Shown here: piece by piece, positions 31,988-42,352 of the stretch
Layout of the letters: each line of letters starts with the position of its first letter
How positions within the stretch are numbered: the first letter of the stretch is position 1
Source: an uncultured Verrucomicrobiae bacterium
GTDB taxonomy: Bacteria > Verrucomicrobiota > Verrucomicrobiia > Chthoniobacterales > JAFAMB01
Assembly (NCBI GenBank): GCA_963736745.1
Contig: CAVTQD010000026.1
Location: 64,830-128,829 of the forward strand
DNA: 64,000 nucleotides
Reading direction: 5' to 3'
Made by a program: the position numbers and the translations under genes
Notes under the pieces: generated by a model
The model's input: the letters and a program-made list of their open reading frames with translations, nothing else
The model's database searches: none
What the model was told of the DNA's origin: nothing

Positions 31988-32183
31988 TTGGGCCAGCGCA
32001 TATGTTCCACCCTGGATCGTGAGGACCTGAACTGTTTCCGCATCTTTCATCAGCGCAACGCGAGTCTGGCCATCCGCCCCGAAACTGAATGAGCCGGCGG
32101 TCCGAGACCTGGGTCGATGCAAGTGCTTGATCCATTAAAGAGTGCGCTGCCAACTTCCAATCCGGAACGGTCCAGCAAATCCA

Positions 32184-32417
32184 CTACTCAATATAGCGAG
32201 AGAGTTTGCTGCGCCCCGACAGCTTAGGTGCCTTCGCCTTTGAGGACTGGCGCCTTCCAGCTGGTTGCCTGGAACCATCCGACACGCGGGAAATCAGCCG
32301 GGTTTCAATCTTCAGCAAAAGACTGAAAAGGCTTTCTTCCGACCCTTCGGGGGCCGATTTTCGCCGACTGAGGCGTTGTGAGCCGGAAAGGGCATCGCCC
32401 CTACAGGTGGCTTTCAT
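32184..32417 (-). CDS. Hypothetical small basic protein (77 aa)
   Basis: ATG 32417 is preceded by AAGGAG at 7-nt spacing. The sequence is Arg/Lys/Ser-rich with no recognised domain. Confidence 0.35.
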   Translation of the reverse strand: MKATCRGDALSGSQRLSRRKSAPEGSEESLFSLLLKIETRLISRVSDGSRQPAGRRQSSKAKAPKLSGRSKLSRYIE

Positions 32418-32632
32418 CAGCGTACTCCTTAAGAAGGACAAAGGATACACGCAAATTCTCGGTTCCGCATTCAGAACTTCACATTAAAAATGCATTGTGT
32501 ATACCAAAGGTCGCAGCCGAAGCATGGCCGACTTAACGATGCAGGAGGTCACAAACGCGCTACTTTGCAGGGCACTAAAAATTTGTTTTACTCGGGTTCC
32601 GTGAAATTGCCGATTTGTTTATTCTGTACGCA

Positions 32633-33550
32633 ATGTTCGTCATGAAAATGGGATTCCTTCCCTTGGCACTCCTAACTCTGGCAATCGCTTCATCGCTTTC
32701 CAAAGAGCCAGGCGGGCCGCAACGGCGCATCGTTTTTGCTCGCGACTCAACACTCTGGACCGCGAACCTTGACGGGACCAAAATGCGGAAGTTGACCGGA
32801 GGCGCAGATCCGTCGATTTCCCCGGACGGTAGCAGAGTTGTATTCACGATATCACCTCCGGGAGGCAAGGAATTGCTCCGCTATATTGCCGTGGCGGAGG
32901 TAGCCACCGGCGCAACGAAGGTCTTCAAAGAAACGCCGAGCAACAACTGTTTCGGTCCGGTATGGTCCCCGGACGGCGCGCTGATAGTGTTCGAGATTTT
33001 TGTTGAGAACCATTGGCGGCTTGGTCTGATCAACGCGGACGGAAGCGGTTTTCGATTTTTTAAGATGCCGGCTCGGGATCAAGGCTGGTCATCGGTCTGC
33101 TGGGCGTCTGACGCCAAGTCGATCTATTGCCAGGACCTCGAGAACATCTGCCGGTTCGGCCTTGACGGCGATTTGCTTGCGTCGTGGGAAATCAGCAAGA
33201 TCATTCCACAGGGTGAAATGGACAGTTCAAAGCGCTTAAGCATTTCCGATGACGGCAAAAGTTTGCTGATCGACGCAAACATGGACGGAGAAGAATCTCC
33301 GAAGGAATGGGAAGGGCCGCCCCCCGCGATCTGGCTCTTCGATATACCGTCGGGGAAATCAACGCGACTGACGCCGAAAAAATCTTACGCTTCGGATTCC
33401 TGCTGGCTGAGCGACACCGAATTTCTGCTCGTCGATGCGGACAAAGACGGGCGCGTAAGTTCGATCTACCGCGCATCGATTTCCGGTGGAATTCCTCGCC
33501 TGGTGATTAAGAACGCAGCCAATCCTTCGGTGTCGCAAGGGTCACCTTAG
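32633..33550 (+). CDS. Secreted PD40/TolB-like beta-propeller repeat protein
   Basis: Signal peptide MFVMKMGFLPLALLTLAIASS. Repeated SPDGSRVVF / WSPDGALIVF / ISDDGKSLLI PD40-type blades. Confidence 0.7.
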   Translation: MFVMKMGFLPLALLTLAIASSLSKEPGGPQRRIVFARDSTLWTANLDGTKMRKLTGGADPSISPDGSRVVFTISPPGGKELLRYIAVAEVATGATKVFKETPSNNCFGPVWSPDGALIVFEIFVENHWRLGLINADGSGFRFFKMPARDQGWSSVCWASDAKSIYCQDLENICRFGLDGDLLASWEISKIIPQGEMDSSKRLSISDDGKSLLIDANMDGEESPKEWEGPPPAIWLFDIPSGKSTRLTPKKSYASDSCWLSDTEFLLVDADKDGRVSSIYRASISGGIPRLVIKNAANPSVSQGSP

Positions 33551-33594
33551 TGCAGCGCTTCTTTTCGGACTTTTCGGATTAACCCAAGCTCCCT

Positions 33595-34776
33595 ATGAAT
33601 TGGAAAACCGGGATTGATCATCACAATATTCTCCCGACAGATTGGCCGCACGGCTGCCTGGTAGGGCGAGTATGGCGCCCTGAAGTTCAAGGACCTTCTG
33701 TCGTCGTTGTCCGTGACAAGGTACTGCTCGATATCAGCGAGACGTTTCCGACGATGTGCGAATTGTGTGAAGCGCAGACGCCGGCTGCGAGCGTCTCGGG
33801 TCTTTTGGGCGAACCACTTGGAACGCTCGATGAAATCCTGCGAAATTCTCCACCCGATGAGCGCGATCCGCGAAAACCGTGGTTGCTAGCGCCAATCGAC
33901 TTGCAGGCCGTTAAAGCTGCGGGAGTGACTTTTGCCGTAAGCCTCCTGGAACGAGTAATTGAAGAACAGGCCCGCGGTAATCCGCAGGAATCCTCCTCGA
34001 TTCGAAACGAAATACTCGCATCGGTCGGCGAGGCGTTGGACAAATTGAAACCGGGCAGTCCGCAGGCGGCTTCGTTGAAGGAGCTCCTGATAACGAAAGG
34101 GCTCTGGTCGCCATACCTGGAAGTTGGGATCGGACCAGACGCAGAGCTTTTCACAAAGGCTCAGCCGATGTCAGCAGTCGGCTACGGTCATGATGCCGGT
34201 TTTCACCCGATGTCGTCTTGGAACAACCCTGAGCCTGAGGTTGTCCTAGTCGTTTCGAGCGCCGGCGTCATCCAAGGGGCAGCGCTCGGCAACGACGTTA
34301 ATCTTCGAGATGTCGAAGGCCGGTCCGCGCTGCTGCTTGGCAAGGCGAAAGACAACAACGCAAGCTGCGCTGTAGGCCCATTTATCAGGCTCTTCGACGA
34401 GAGCTTTTCTCTCGAAGACATCCGACAGATGGAAGTCCACATGACAATCGATGGCGAAGATGGATTCCATCTTCACGCGGTTTCATCGTTAGCCAAGATC
34501 AGCAGGGATCCGAGCGACCTTGTTGCACAGATGATCGGACCGCATCATCGATACCCAGATGGCGTTGTCCTCTTTCTCGGCACGATGTTCGCGCCGACGG
34601 AGGATCGCGACGTGCCCGGAATGGGTTTCAGCCATAAAATCGGCGACATCGTGAAAATCAATTCGGACAAACTCGGCGCTCTTGCCAATCGCATGCGGCA
34701 CACCAATGATTGCGAGCCCTGGAATTTTGGTTCGGCTCAACTGATGCGAAGCCTCGCGAAGCGTCGGCTGATTTAG
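33595..34776 (+). CDS. Fumarylacetoacetate hydrolase (FAH) family protein, of the size class of 2-keto-3-deoxy-pentonate dehydratases
   Basis: 393 aa. C-terminal FAH core ...GNDVNLRDVEGRSALLLGKAKDNNASCAVGPFIRLFD...VVLFLGTMFAP...GDIVKI. It is followed by an aldehyde dehydrogenase, as in oxidative pentose pathways. Confidence 0.75.
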   Translation: MNWKTGIDHHNILPTDWPHGCLVGRVWRPEVQGPSVVVVRDKVLLDISETFPTMCELCEAQTPAASVSGLLGEPLGTLDEILRNSPPDERDPRKPWLLAPIDLQAVKAAGVTFAVSLLERVIEEQARGNPQESSSIRNEILASVGEALDKLKPGSPQAASLKELLITKGLWSPYLEVGIGPDAELFTKAQPMSAVGYGHDAGFHPMSSWNNPEPEVVLVVSSAGVIQGAALGNDVNLRDVEGRSALLLGKAKDNNASCAVGPFIRLFDESFSLEDIRQMEVHMTIDGEDGFHLHAVSSLAKISRDPSDLVAQMIGPHHRYPDGVVLFLGTMFAPTEDRDVPGMGFSHKIGDIVKINSDKLGALANRMRHTNDCEPWNFGSAQLMRSLAKRRLI

Positions 34777-34816
34777 CCGCAGCCGAGACTTTTAACTCAG
34801 AACCGAAGACTCTCCT

Positions 34817-36241
34817 ATGCCAAAACAACTTGTAAAAATCGTTGAAGCCGCCGTGGGTTATCGCAGCCCTGGATCCGAAGTTCTCGCAGGATTTCTGGAA
34901 CGAATCGGCGACATGATCATGGCCGCCGGCCAGGAATTGATTTCAACGTGCGCCGAGGAGACTTCTCTTTCTGTGGATCGCCTTGTCGGCGAGAGAGCGC
35001 GTACCGTGAACCAGCTCAGGGTGTTCGCCGATCTCGTTCGCGAGGGGTCCTGGGTGGATGCTCGGATCGACACGCCGGATCCGGACAGAAAGCCGGTCCC
35101 AAAACCCGACCTTCGCCGGATGTTGATGCCGTTAGGTCCGGTGGCGGTATTTGGCGCCAGCAACTTTCCTCTGGCATTCTCAGTTGCGGGAGGAGACACC
35201 GCCTCGGCGCTGGCGGCGGGTTGTCCAGTCGTGGTGAAGCCTCACCCTGGACACCCTCAAACCTCGGCTATCACTGCGGCTGCGATCTTGAATGCTGCTG
35301 AGGACTGCCGGATGCCACGAGGCGTGTTTGCGATGATCGAGGAGACCAGTGTTGAAATCGGCCTTGAACTCGTTCGCCACCCTTCGATCAGAGCGGTGGG
35401 ATTCACCGGGTCCACAAGGGCTGGACGAGCGCTCTTCGACGCCGCAAACTCACGTCCTGAGCCGATACCCGTTTTCGCCGAGATGGGGAGTCTGAACCCG
35501 TTTTTCGTCCTGCCAGGAGCGCTCGAAAAACGTTGGGAAACGATCGCCACCGGATTGGCGGGATCAGTCTCGTTGGGAACGGGCCAGTTTTGCACAAAAC
35601 CAGGATTAGTCCTCGCGTCGCAATCCGCGGCCTCAGGCCAGTTTGCCTCCCGACTAGGCGAGGTACTAGCCGGAGTTCAGAAAGGCTGCATGCTCAACGA
35701 TGCGGTTTCAAAACGTTTCAAAGAATCTCTCTCCAAAGCGAAAGATTATATTCGAATAGGAGGAGGAGCCTATTTGTTAGTGACCGATGGAAAGAAATTC
35801 GGCGAAGAAGTAGGCCTGCATGAGGAAATATTTGGGCCTGCGACTTTATTGGTCAATTGCGAGAATGCGGACGAATTAATTCAACTGGCGGGCAAGCTTG
35901 ATGGCCAATTAACCGCGACGATTCACGCCGAACCGAAGGACGAAGCATTGAGCGAACGCTTGCTGCGTGTATTGCGGGAAAAGGCGGGACGCATAGTGTG
36001 GAACGGTTATCCGACCGGCGTGGAGGTCTCTCCCTCGATGCAGCACGGGGGTCCATATCCTGCCACGACGGACAGCAGGTTCACCTCAGTTGGTACAGCC
36101 GCAATCCAGCGGTTTGTCCGGCCAGTTTGTTACCAGGGGCTGCCGCAGGAATTATTGCCAATGGAGTTACAGAACAACAATATTCGCCAGATCTGGCGGA
36201 CGATAAACGGCGCCTTGACCAAAGATAGTATCACTAGCTAG
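34817..36241 (+). CDS. Aldehyde dehydrogenase, 2,5-dioxovalerate (alpha-ketoglutarate semialdehyde) dehydrogenase-like
   Basis: 474 aa. GFTGSTRAGRALF, general base region FAEMGSLNP, catalytic Cys in GTGQFCTKPG. Confidence 0.8.
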   Translation: MPKQLVKIVEAAVGYRSPGSEVLAGFLERIGDMIMAAGQELISTCAEETSLSVDRLVGERARTVNQLRVFADLVREGSWVDARIDTPDPDRKPVPKPDLRRMLMPLGPVAVFGASNFPLAFSVAGGDTASALAAGCPVVVKPHPGHPQTSAITAAAILNAAEDCRMPRGVFAMIEETSVEIGLELVRHPSIRAVGFTGSTRAGRALFDAANSRPEPIPVFAEMGSLNPFFVLPGALEKRWETIATGLAGSVSLGTGQFCTKPGLVLASQSAASGQFASRLGEVLAGVQKGCMLNDAVSKRFKESLSKAKDYIRIGGGAYLLVTDGKKFGEEVGLHEEIFGPATLLVNCENADELIQLAGKLDGQLTATIHAEPKDEALSERLLRVLREKAGRIVWNGYPTGVEVSPSMQHGGPYPATTDSRFTSVGTAAIQRFVRPVCYQGLPQELLPMELQNNNIRQIWRTINGALTKDSITS

Positions 36242-36243
36242 TT

Positions 36244-36297
36244 AGGAGTTGCAGCGTTCACCCTGACTCCTGACTCCTGACTCCTGACCCCTGAACT
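36244..36297. repeat. Heptad-based repeat element, copy D (AGGAGTTGCAG plus CTGACTC x3)
   Basis: AGGAGTTGCAG (36244-36254) is followed by CCCTGACTCCTGACTCCTGACTCCTGACCCCTGAACTC. It fills the gap between the aldehyde dehydrogenase stop and the DUF3311 start. Confidence 0.5.
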
Positions 36298-36298
36298 C

Positions 36299-36496
36299 AT
36301 GCCACCCACCCCCGAAAAATCCCTAGGTCCCTGGGCTCTTCTCTTACTGATACCCTTTGTCGCTTTGCTATGGGTACCGTTCTACAACTCCAGTGAGCCT
36401 GTCTTATTCGGGTTCCCGTTCTTTTATTGGTACCAGTTCCTCTGGATCCCGATCACCTCGCTCTTGATATACATCGTCTACCTGAAGACAAGGTGA
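36299..36496 (+). CDS. DUF3311-type small membrane protein (partner of SSS transporters)
   Basis: 65 aa, two TM segments, FYNSSEPVLFGFPFFYWYQFLW motif. The stop overlaps the start region of the symporter. Confidence 0.7.
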   Translation: MPPTPEKSLGPWALLLLIPFVALLWVPFYNSSEPVLFGFPFFYWYQFLWIPITSLLIYIVYLKTR

Positions 36497-36507
36497 AGCC
36501 AACATCA

Positions 36508-38037
36508 ATGGATTGGACAGCTGTAGCTGTTTTCGTCTTCTTTTTTCTGCTTGTGACGATTCTCGGCTTTGCGGCTTCGCGATGGAAGGCGGGCGACCTG
36601 AATCTTCTGCATGAATGGGGACTGGGTGGTCGCCGATTCGGTACCTGGATCACCTGGTTCCTGATAGGTGGCGACTTTTACACGGCCTACACAGTGATCG
36701 CAGTCCCCGCTCTGGTCTATTCAGTGGGCGCTTATGGCTTCTTCGCACTGCCGTACACGATTATTGTTTATCCTCTCGTCTTTATTACAATGCCGCGCCT
36801 TTGGAAAATCTGCCGCGAAAACGATCATGTGACCGCAGCAGATTTCGTCCGGGATCGCTATGCCAGCAAATCGCTTGCGCTGGCGGTGGCGATTACAGGG
36901 ATCGTTGCCACCATGCCCTATATTGCCCTCCAGTTAATCGGCATACAGGTCGTCATCGCTGGTCTCGGATTCGGCAGCATTTCGTTGCCCGGCGCCAGTC
37001 AATTAGCTTCGCAATTTCCCTGGCTCGACACAATGATGAGAGATCTTCCTCTCATTATCGCGTTCCTCATTCTCGCTTTTTACACCTACACCAGCGGCTT
37101 GCGAGCACCGGCAATGATCGCGTTTGTTAAAGACGTTATGATCTACATCGTGGTGATTGCGGCAGTGGCCGTTATACCTCTTCATCTGGGCGGGTATGGC
37201 GCGGTCTTTCACGCCGCTCAGGAAGCGCTTAAGGCAAAAGGCGGCGCTGCCGGATTAACTCTCAAATCGACACAAATGCTTCCATTCGCAACATTGGCCT
37301 TTGGTTCGGCGCTGGCGGCCTTCATGTATCCGCATACCATGACCGGAGTTCTGAGTTCGTCTAGTGCCGACGCAGTTCGCAAGAACGCCATCCTGTTACC
37401 GATTTACACGGTCCTCCTGGGACTAGTCGGATTGCTTGGTTACATGGCCATCGCGGCCGGCATCAAACTGGATCAACCGACCGGAGTGGTTCCTGCGCTC
37501 CTCATAAAAGTTTTCCCTGCATGGTTCACAGGGTTCAGTTTTGCCGCCATCGCCATTGGTGCGCTTGTCCCGGCTGCTATTATGTCTATCGGTGCAGCTA
37601 ACCTTTTTACTCGCAATATCTGGAAGGCATTTATTGATCCCGGAATCGATGCCGCCCTAGAGTCCGCCATCGCCAAAATTGTTTCTCTCGGGGTGAAGCT
37701 CGGAGCGCTGGTATTTATTGTCTTTCTTCCGACCCAATACGCTATCGATCTTCAACTTCTGGGCGGCGTCTGGATTCTCCAGATTTTTCCGACGGTCGTT
37801 TTTGGATTGTTCCAGACTTCCTTGCAAGCGCGAGGTCTGCTGGCAGGCTGGTTTGTGGGAATGATGGTCGGTACAGGAATGGTAGAGGCCATGCAACTGA
37901 AACCGGTGTTTCCGTTCCAAGTTGGCGGGCAGACTTACACCATCTACATCGGGTTGATCGCGTTGAGCGCCAATATCGCAATCAGTTTCGCCGCCTCCGC
38001 GGTATTGAATGCGTTCAGCGCCGGTCGAGCCAAGTGA
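36508..38037 (+). CDS. Sodium:solute symporter (SSS) family transporter
   Basis: About 510 aa with about 13 TM segments. MDWTAVAVFVFFFLLVTILGFAASRWK...GGRRFGTWITWFLIGGDFYTAYT. Alternative start GTG 36493. Confidence 0.85.
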   Translation: MDWTAVAVFVFFFLLVTILGFAASRWKAGDLNLLHEWGLGGRRFGTWITWFLIGGDFYTAYTVIAVPALVYSVGAYGFFALPYTIIVYPLVFITMPRLWKICRENDHVTAADFVRDRYASKSLALAVAITGIVATMPYIALQLIGIQVVIAGLGFGSISLPGASQLASQFPWLDTMMRDLPLIIAFLILAFYTYTSGLRAPAMIAFVKDVMIYIVVIAAVAVIPLHLGGYGAVFHAAQEALKAKGGAAGLTLKSTQMLPFATLAFGSALAAFMYPHTMTGVLSSSSADAVRKNAILLPIYTVLLGLVGLLGYMAIAAGIKLDQPTGVVPALLIKVFPAWFTGFSFAAIAIGALVPAAIMSIGAANLFTRNIWKAFIDPGIDAALESAIAKIVSLGVKLGALVFIVFLPTQYAIDLQLLGGVWILQIFPTVVFGLFQTSLQARGLLAGWFVGMMVGTGMVEAMQLKPVFPFQVGGQTYTIYIGLIALSANIAISFAASAVLNAFSAGRAK

Positions 38038-38047
38038 GCAGGCTTCA

Positions 38048-38371
38048 CTATCTCTGTGATCCGAACTGTATAATGAGCCCACCTGTCAGTATGACTCCAA
38101 CGCCAAGCCAAGTCGTGCCGGGTATATTCTCCTGAAGCAAAAATTTTCCACAAAGAACACTGACCAAGGCAAACAAACAAACGTAGACGCCGAATATCCT
38201 GGAGAAATCCCATTGCACTAAATTAACAATCAGTCCGTACGACCCGAGGAGAATGCAACCTAACAGAATCGACATGGTACCCCGGCCATTCAAACCTGTA
38301 CGAATTGCTGCGTTGCCAGCCACTTCGAGCAGAGCGCTAATAACGAAAACGATCCACGCGACCAACGTCAT
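38048..38371 (-). CDS. Small 4-TM membrane protein, YnfA (UPF0060) / SMR-like
   Basis: 107 aa with four hydrophobic segments. ALLEVAGNAAIRTG...FGVYVCLFALVS...GVGVILTGGLII. Confidence 0.55.
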   Translation of the reverse strand: MTLVAWIVFVISALLEVAGNAAIRTGLNGRGTMSILLGCILLGSYGLIVNLVQWDFSRIFGVYVCLFALVSVLCGKFLLQENIPGTTWLGVGVILTGGLIIQFGSQR

Positions 38372-38414
38372 AGAATCTTCACCCTTCCCACGATGAAAAC
38401 GGCGCAGGCCATGA

Positions 38415-39545
38415 TCAGATTATGACCAGGTCTGTTCCGGGTAACTCTTGGATTAACTCGTCATGGAGCGCCCGGCTAAATAATCGAAGTGTCTTTTTGC
38501 CAGGACGTCCCAGCACAACATGCGTAATGCCGTATTCCTTGGCAAAAGAGATCAAGGCCTGGGCCACGTTTTCATGTTTCAGAGAAATCACCAGTCCGCC
38601 CATTTTTTGTGCCGCTTCGAGGGTATCGGCGACCTGGCGCTGGACCGTCGCGTCAATCTTGACCGCTGATTCGCTAGGCGTGCGAACGTAGACTGCGTAC
38701 CATTGCGCATTCAGCTGCGCGGCCAGGCGCGCGGTCTTTCGGAGCAATCGCCCGGGATCAGGTCCTTGGCTGCTGATTGCGACCATGACCTGACCGAGGC
38801 CACCGATATTGCTATCCGTTTCGGCACCTTCGCGGTTCCGGCGATCTAGTATGTTCGCCGTCTCGCTCAGGGTCATCTCTCGAAGCCGGGTCAAATTTTT
38901 AGGGGTAAAAAAATTCGCCAGCGCGGCTTCGACCCTTTCTTTGGGGTAGATTTTACCGGATTGAAGGCGCTCGAGAAGATCTTCTGCTGGCAGGTCAATG
39001 TTAACGACTTGGTCCGCCTGCGTAATTATTTCGTCTGGCACACGTTCCTTCACCTTAACGCCTGTCACATCTTCGACGATATTATAGAGCGACTCGAAGT
39101 GTTGGATATTTACCGTAGCAATCACGTTGATCCCAGCGCGCAGCAGATCCTGCACGTCTTCGTAGCGCTTGCGATTCCGGCTTTGCGGCGCGTTTGTATG
39201 CGCCAGCTCGTCGACCAGCGCAATCGTTGGCTTCCTGGCAAGAACGGCGTCGAGATCCATCTCTTTCAAGGTGATACCGTGATACTTCGCGAGCAGAGGT
39301 GGAACAATCTCCAATTGGTCGATCTGTGCAGTGGTCTCGGGGCGATCGTGAGGTTCGACATAACCAATCACGACATCCACCCCCTGTCGTCGCAGGCGGT
39401 TTCCTTCGATCAACATTTGGTAGGTCTTGCCGACTCCAGGACAGGGTCCGAGGTAGATTTTCAGCTTGCCGAGCTGCTGCCGGCGGATGATCGCTAAAAA
39501 GTCATCCGGCGTAGGCTTCAGATTGGGATTGTCGGCAATTCGCAT
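38415..39545 (-). CDS. KdpD N-terminal sensor domain plus USP domain, without histidine kinase part
   Basis: KIYLGPCPGVGKTYQMLIEGNRLRRQGVDVVIGYVEPHDRPET...VDELAHTNAPQSRNRKRYEDVQDLLRAGINVIATVNIQHFESLYN is the KdpD N-terminal (P-loop) domain. A USP-like segment follows. The protein ends at 376 aa with no TM, HisKA or ATPase part. Confidence 0.85.
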   Translation of the reverse strand: MRIADNPNLKPTPDDFLAIIRRQQLGKLKIYLGPCPGVGKTYQMLIEGNRLRRQGVDVVIGYVEPHDRPETTAQIDQLEIVPPLLAKYHGITLKEMDLDAVLARKPTIALVDELAHTNAPQSRNRKRYEDVQDLLRAGINVIATVNIQHFESLYNIVEDVTGVKVKERVPDEIITQADQVVNIDLPAEDLLERLQSGKIYPKERVEAALANFFTPKNLTRLREMTLSETANILDRRNREGAETDSNIGGLGQVMVAISSQGPDPGRLLRKTARLAAQLNAQWYAVYVRTPSESAVKIDATVQRQVADTLEAAQKMGGLVISLKHENVAQALISFAKEYGITHVVLGRPGKKTLRLFSRALHDELIQELPGTDLVII

Positions 39546-39655
39546 GAGGTTTCAAATAGAGACTAAATCTAATCGTCGGATTCCACTTTGCTCTTTGGAC
39601 TCTTACGCCGTCTTGCCATCGGATCGCGCAGGCGGACCACGCCGCATGCAGCAAT

Positions 39656-40267
39656 TTATGGTTTCTTTTCTGCCAGTGCGCCCTTTGGCGCGAGCGCGTC
39701 GAGAGCCAGGTTGACCTTCAGCACGTTCACTCCGGGATCACCGCCGATCCCGAGCAAGGGACTATCCGTGGCTTTGGTGACCTCGGCGCGAACCACCTCT
39801 TCGCTTACACCTCGTTCCTTGGCGACACGGGCAATCTGGAGTTGGGCATTTTGAAGGCTGATATGAGGATCTAATCCGCTTCCTGACGCCGTCACCGCGT
39901 CAGCAGGGACTACTGCGTCCGTCGACAGGCCATTTTCCTGCCGATACTGAGAGACGTTCGCTTTGATTCCGTCGATCAACTTCTGCGAGGTCGGTCCCAG
40001 GTTTGAGCCGCCAGAGCTGGTTGGATCATATCCGGTTCCGGCAGCAGACGGTCTTGGATGAAAATACTTCGCCCCGCTGAATCCCTGAGCTAACAGTTCG
40101 GAACCGACGATCTGGCCGTTCTTTTCGATCAGGCTACCATTTGCCTGATGCGGAAACAAAACCTGCCCGACTCCCCAGATCAATACCGGATAGACACCGC
40201 TGACAACCACGCAAAGCACCACTGTGGCAACGATCGATGTCCAGAGTTCTTTAAGAAACGTTTTCAT
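39656..40267 (-). CDS. kdpC: Potassium-transporting ATPase subunit KdpC
   Basis: MKTFLKELWTSIVATVVLCVVVSGVYPVLIW...GSELLAQGF...RPSAAG...YDPTSSGGSNLGPTS...ASGSGLDPHIS. Confidence 0.9.
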   Translation of the reverse strand: MKTFLKELWTSIVATVVLCVVVSGVYPVLIWGVGQVLFPHQANGSLIEKNGQIVGSELLAQGFSGAKYFHPRPSAAGTGYDPTSSGGSNLGPTSQKLIDGIKANVSQYRQENGLSTDAVVPADAVTASGSGLDPHISLQNAQLQIARVAKERGVSEEVVRAEVTKATDSPLLGIGGDPGVNVLKVNLALDALAPKGALAEKKP

Positions 40268-40286
40268 AGAATAAGCATTTTTCCGA

Positions 40287-42305
40287 CTAGGCAAGGCCAA
40301 TGGTCGTGATAAACATGTCGATTAACTTGATACCGATGAACGGCAGGATGATTCCTCCCAAGCCGTAAATAAGAAGGTTTCGCGCCAGGATCTTGGCGGC
40401 GCCGAGGGGTCGAAATCTTACCCCTTTCAGCGCAAGAGGAATCAATGCGATAATGATCACTGCATTGAAGACGACTGCGCTTAGAATAGCGCTCTCCGGC
40501 GACTTCAGGAACATAATGTTCAGCGGAGAGATCTGCGGAAATGCGCCGACCAACATTGCGGGCAAGATAGCAAAGTATTTCGCGACGTCATTGGCGATGC
40601 TAAAGGTGGTTAACGCACCGCGCGTAATGAGCAATTGCTTCCCGATCTCAACGATTTCGATCAGCTTGGTCGGATTTGAATCGAGATCGATCATATTCCC
40701 GGCTTCTTTTGCCGCTTGAGTGCCCGTGTTCATCGCCACACCGACATCGGCCTGGGCCAATGCGGGTGCATCGTTAGTACCGTCACCGGTCATAGCAACA
40801 AGGTGGCCGGTTTGTTGTTCTTTTCGACACAGCGCAAGCTTGTGTTCCGGCTTCGCTTCGGCCAGGAAGTCATCCACGCCTGCCTCCTTAGCGATTGCCG
40901 CGGCGGTCAACGGGTTGTCCCCTGTAATCATCACCGTTCGGATTCCCATTGCGCGGAATCGTTCAAACCGGTCTGCCAGTCCGCCTTTCACGATATCCTT
41001 GAGCTGGATCGTGCCGAGAACTGTTTCCCGCGTTGCGACCACTAAAGGGGTACCTCCAGAATTGGAGATCGCCTTAACGTCCTTCTCGACAGCTTCGGGC
41101 ATTTTACCGCCGACATAGCCACGAATCGCGTCCGCGGATCCTTTCCGGTAGCTCACGCCATCCATGTCGACACCGCTCATCCGTGTTTGGGCCGTGAAAG
41201 GCACGAAAGTCACCTTAGGCATCTCGCTAAATTCCCGAGCACGAATTCCATAGTTTTTCGCCAAAACGACCACCGACCGGCCCTCAGGAGTTTCGTCGGC
41301 GAGGGAGGCAAGTTGAGCAGCGTCCGCCAATTGCTCTTTGGTCACTCCGGGAGCGGGCAGAAATTCGGTTGCTTGACGGTTCCCGATTGTGATCGTACCG
41401 GTCTTGTCCAGGAAGAGTACATCGACATCTCCCGCCGCTTCCACCGAACGCCCGCTCATTGCGAGAACGTTTTTCTGAACCAGGCGATCGATCCCGGCGA
41501 TACCGATCGCGCTAAGCAATCCACCGATGGTCGTCGGGATCAAACAGACCAAGAGGGCAACCAGGACCGGGATCGTAAAGTCAACCGAAGAGGCGATGCC
41601 AAAGGCTTTCAGCGACATCATCGCGATCAGAAAGATTAACGTCAGCGCCGAAAGCAGGATGGTTAGAGCGATCTCGTTTGGGGTTTTTTGGCGCGATGCA
41701 CCTTCCACCAGGGTGATCATGCGATCCAGAAAGGTCTCTCCCGGGTTCGAGGTAATCTCAATCTTAATGATGTCGGACAAGACTTTCGTACCGCCGGTCA
41801 CCGCACTCCGGTCGCCGCCGGACTCGCGGATCACGGGCGCAGATTCGCCCGTAATCGCTGACTCGTCGACAGTGGCTGCTCCATCGACAACTTCACCGTC
41901 TCCAGGAATGAGTTCGCCGGCAGCAACCACCACTAAATCCCCTTTCCGTAGCAGGTTTGCGGCAATTTTTTCGATTGTTCCGTCCGATTTCAGGCGATTG
42001 GCAAATGTCTCCGTTCGCGTCGCCCGCAAAGCTTTTGCCTGCGCCTTGCCTCGTCCTTCGGCCATCGCTTCTGCAAAGTTTGCAAACAGCACCGTGAACC
42101 AAAGCCAGACCGCAATTTGGAGTTGAAATCCGAAATGAGCGCCATGCCCTATGACCAGAAGCACCGTGGTGATTAGAGCTCCAACCTCGGTCACAAACAT
42201 CACCGGGTTTCTGGCGAGAGTCATCGGGTTCAGCTTTTTGAACGATTCACCGATGGCCGGCACGATAATCGCCGGATCGAAAATTGAATGAGCTTTAGCA
42301 GCCAT
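40287..42305 (-). CDS. kdpB: Potassium-transporting P-type ATPase subunit KdpB
   Basis: 672 aa. Phosphorylation motif [41 protein letters not shown]. Confidence 0.95.
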   Translation of the reverse strand: MAAKAHSIFDPAIIVPAIGESFKKLNPMTLARNPVMFVTEVGALITTVLLVIGHGAHFGFQLQIAVWLWFTVLFANFAEAMAEGRGKAQAKALRATRTETFANRLKSDGTIEKIAANLLRKGDLVVVAAGELIPGDGEVVDGAATVDESAITGESAPVIRESGGDRSAVTGGTKVLSDIIKIEITSNPGETFLDRMITLVEGASRQKTPNEIALTILLSALTLIFLIAMMSLKAFGIASSVDFTIPVLVALLVCLIPTTIGGLLSAIGIAGIDRLVQKNVLAMSGRSVEAAGDVDVLFLDKTGTITIGNRQATEFLPAPGVTKEQLADAAQLASLADETPEGRSVVVLAKNYGIRAREFSEMPKVTFVPFTAQTRMSGVDMDGVSYRKGSADAIRGYVGGKMPEAVEKDVKAISNSGGTPLVVATRETVLGTIQLKDIVKGGLADRFERFRAMGIRTVMITGDNPLTAAAIAKEAGVDDFLAEAKPEHKLALCRKEQQTGHLVAMTGDGTNDAPALAQADVGVAMNTGTQAAKEAGNMIDLDSNPTKLIEIVEIGKQLLITRGALTTFSIANDVAKYFAILPAMLVGAFPQISPLNIMFLKSPESAILSAVVFNAVIIIALIPLALKGVRFRPLGAAKILARNLLIYGLGGIILPFIGIKLIDMFITTIGLA

Positions 42306-42352
42306 AGTAAGTAATCAAGTTCAATGTAGTTGTCAGTTGTAAGTTTCGTCGC

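Noticed and set aside
31856-32122. 88-aa ORF (…SFSFGADGQTRVALMKDAETVQVLTIQGGTYALAQQEPGVAGVQE…)
   Set aside because: The C-terminal third is repeat element copy C read through. There is no clear start signal. The N-terminal part might be a fragment of something real, but I cannot support a call.
36427-36507. N-terminal extension of the symporter ORF overlapping the DUF3311 gene
   Set aside because: The extension is the DUF3311 gene read in another frame. The hydrophobic N-terminus of the transporter begins at ATG 36508 (or GTG 36493).
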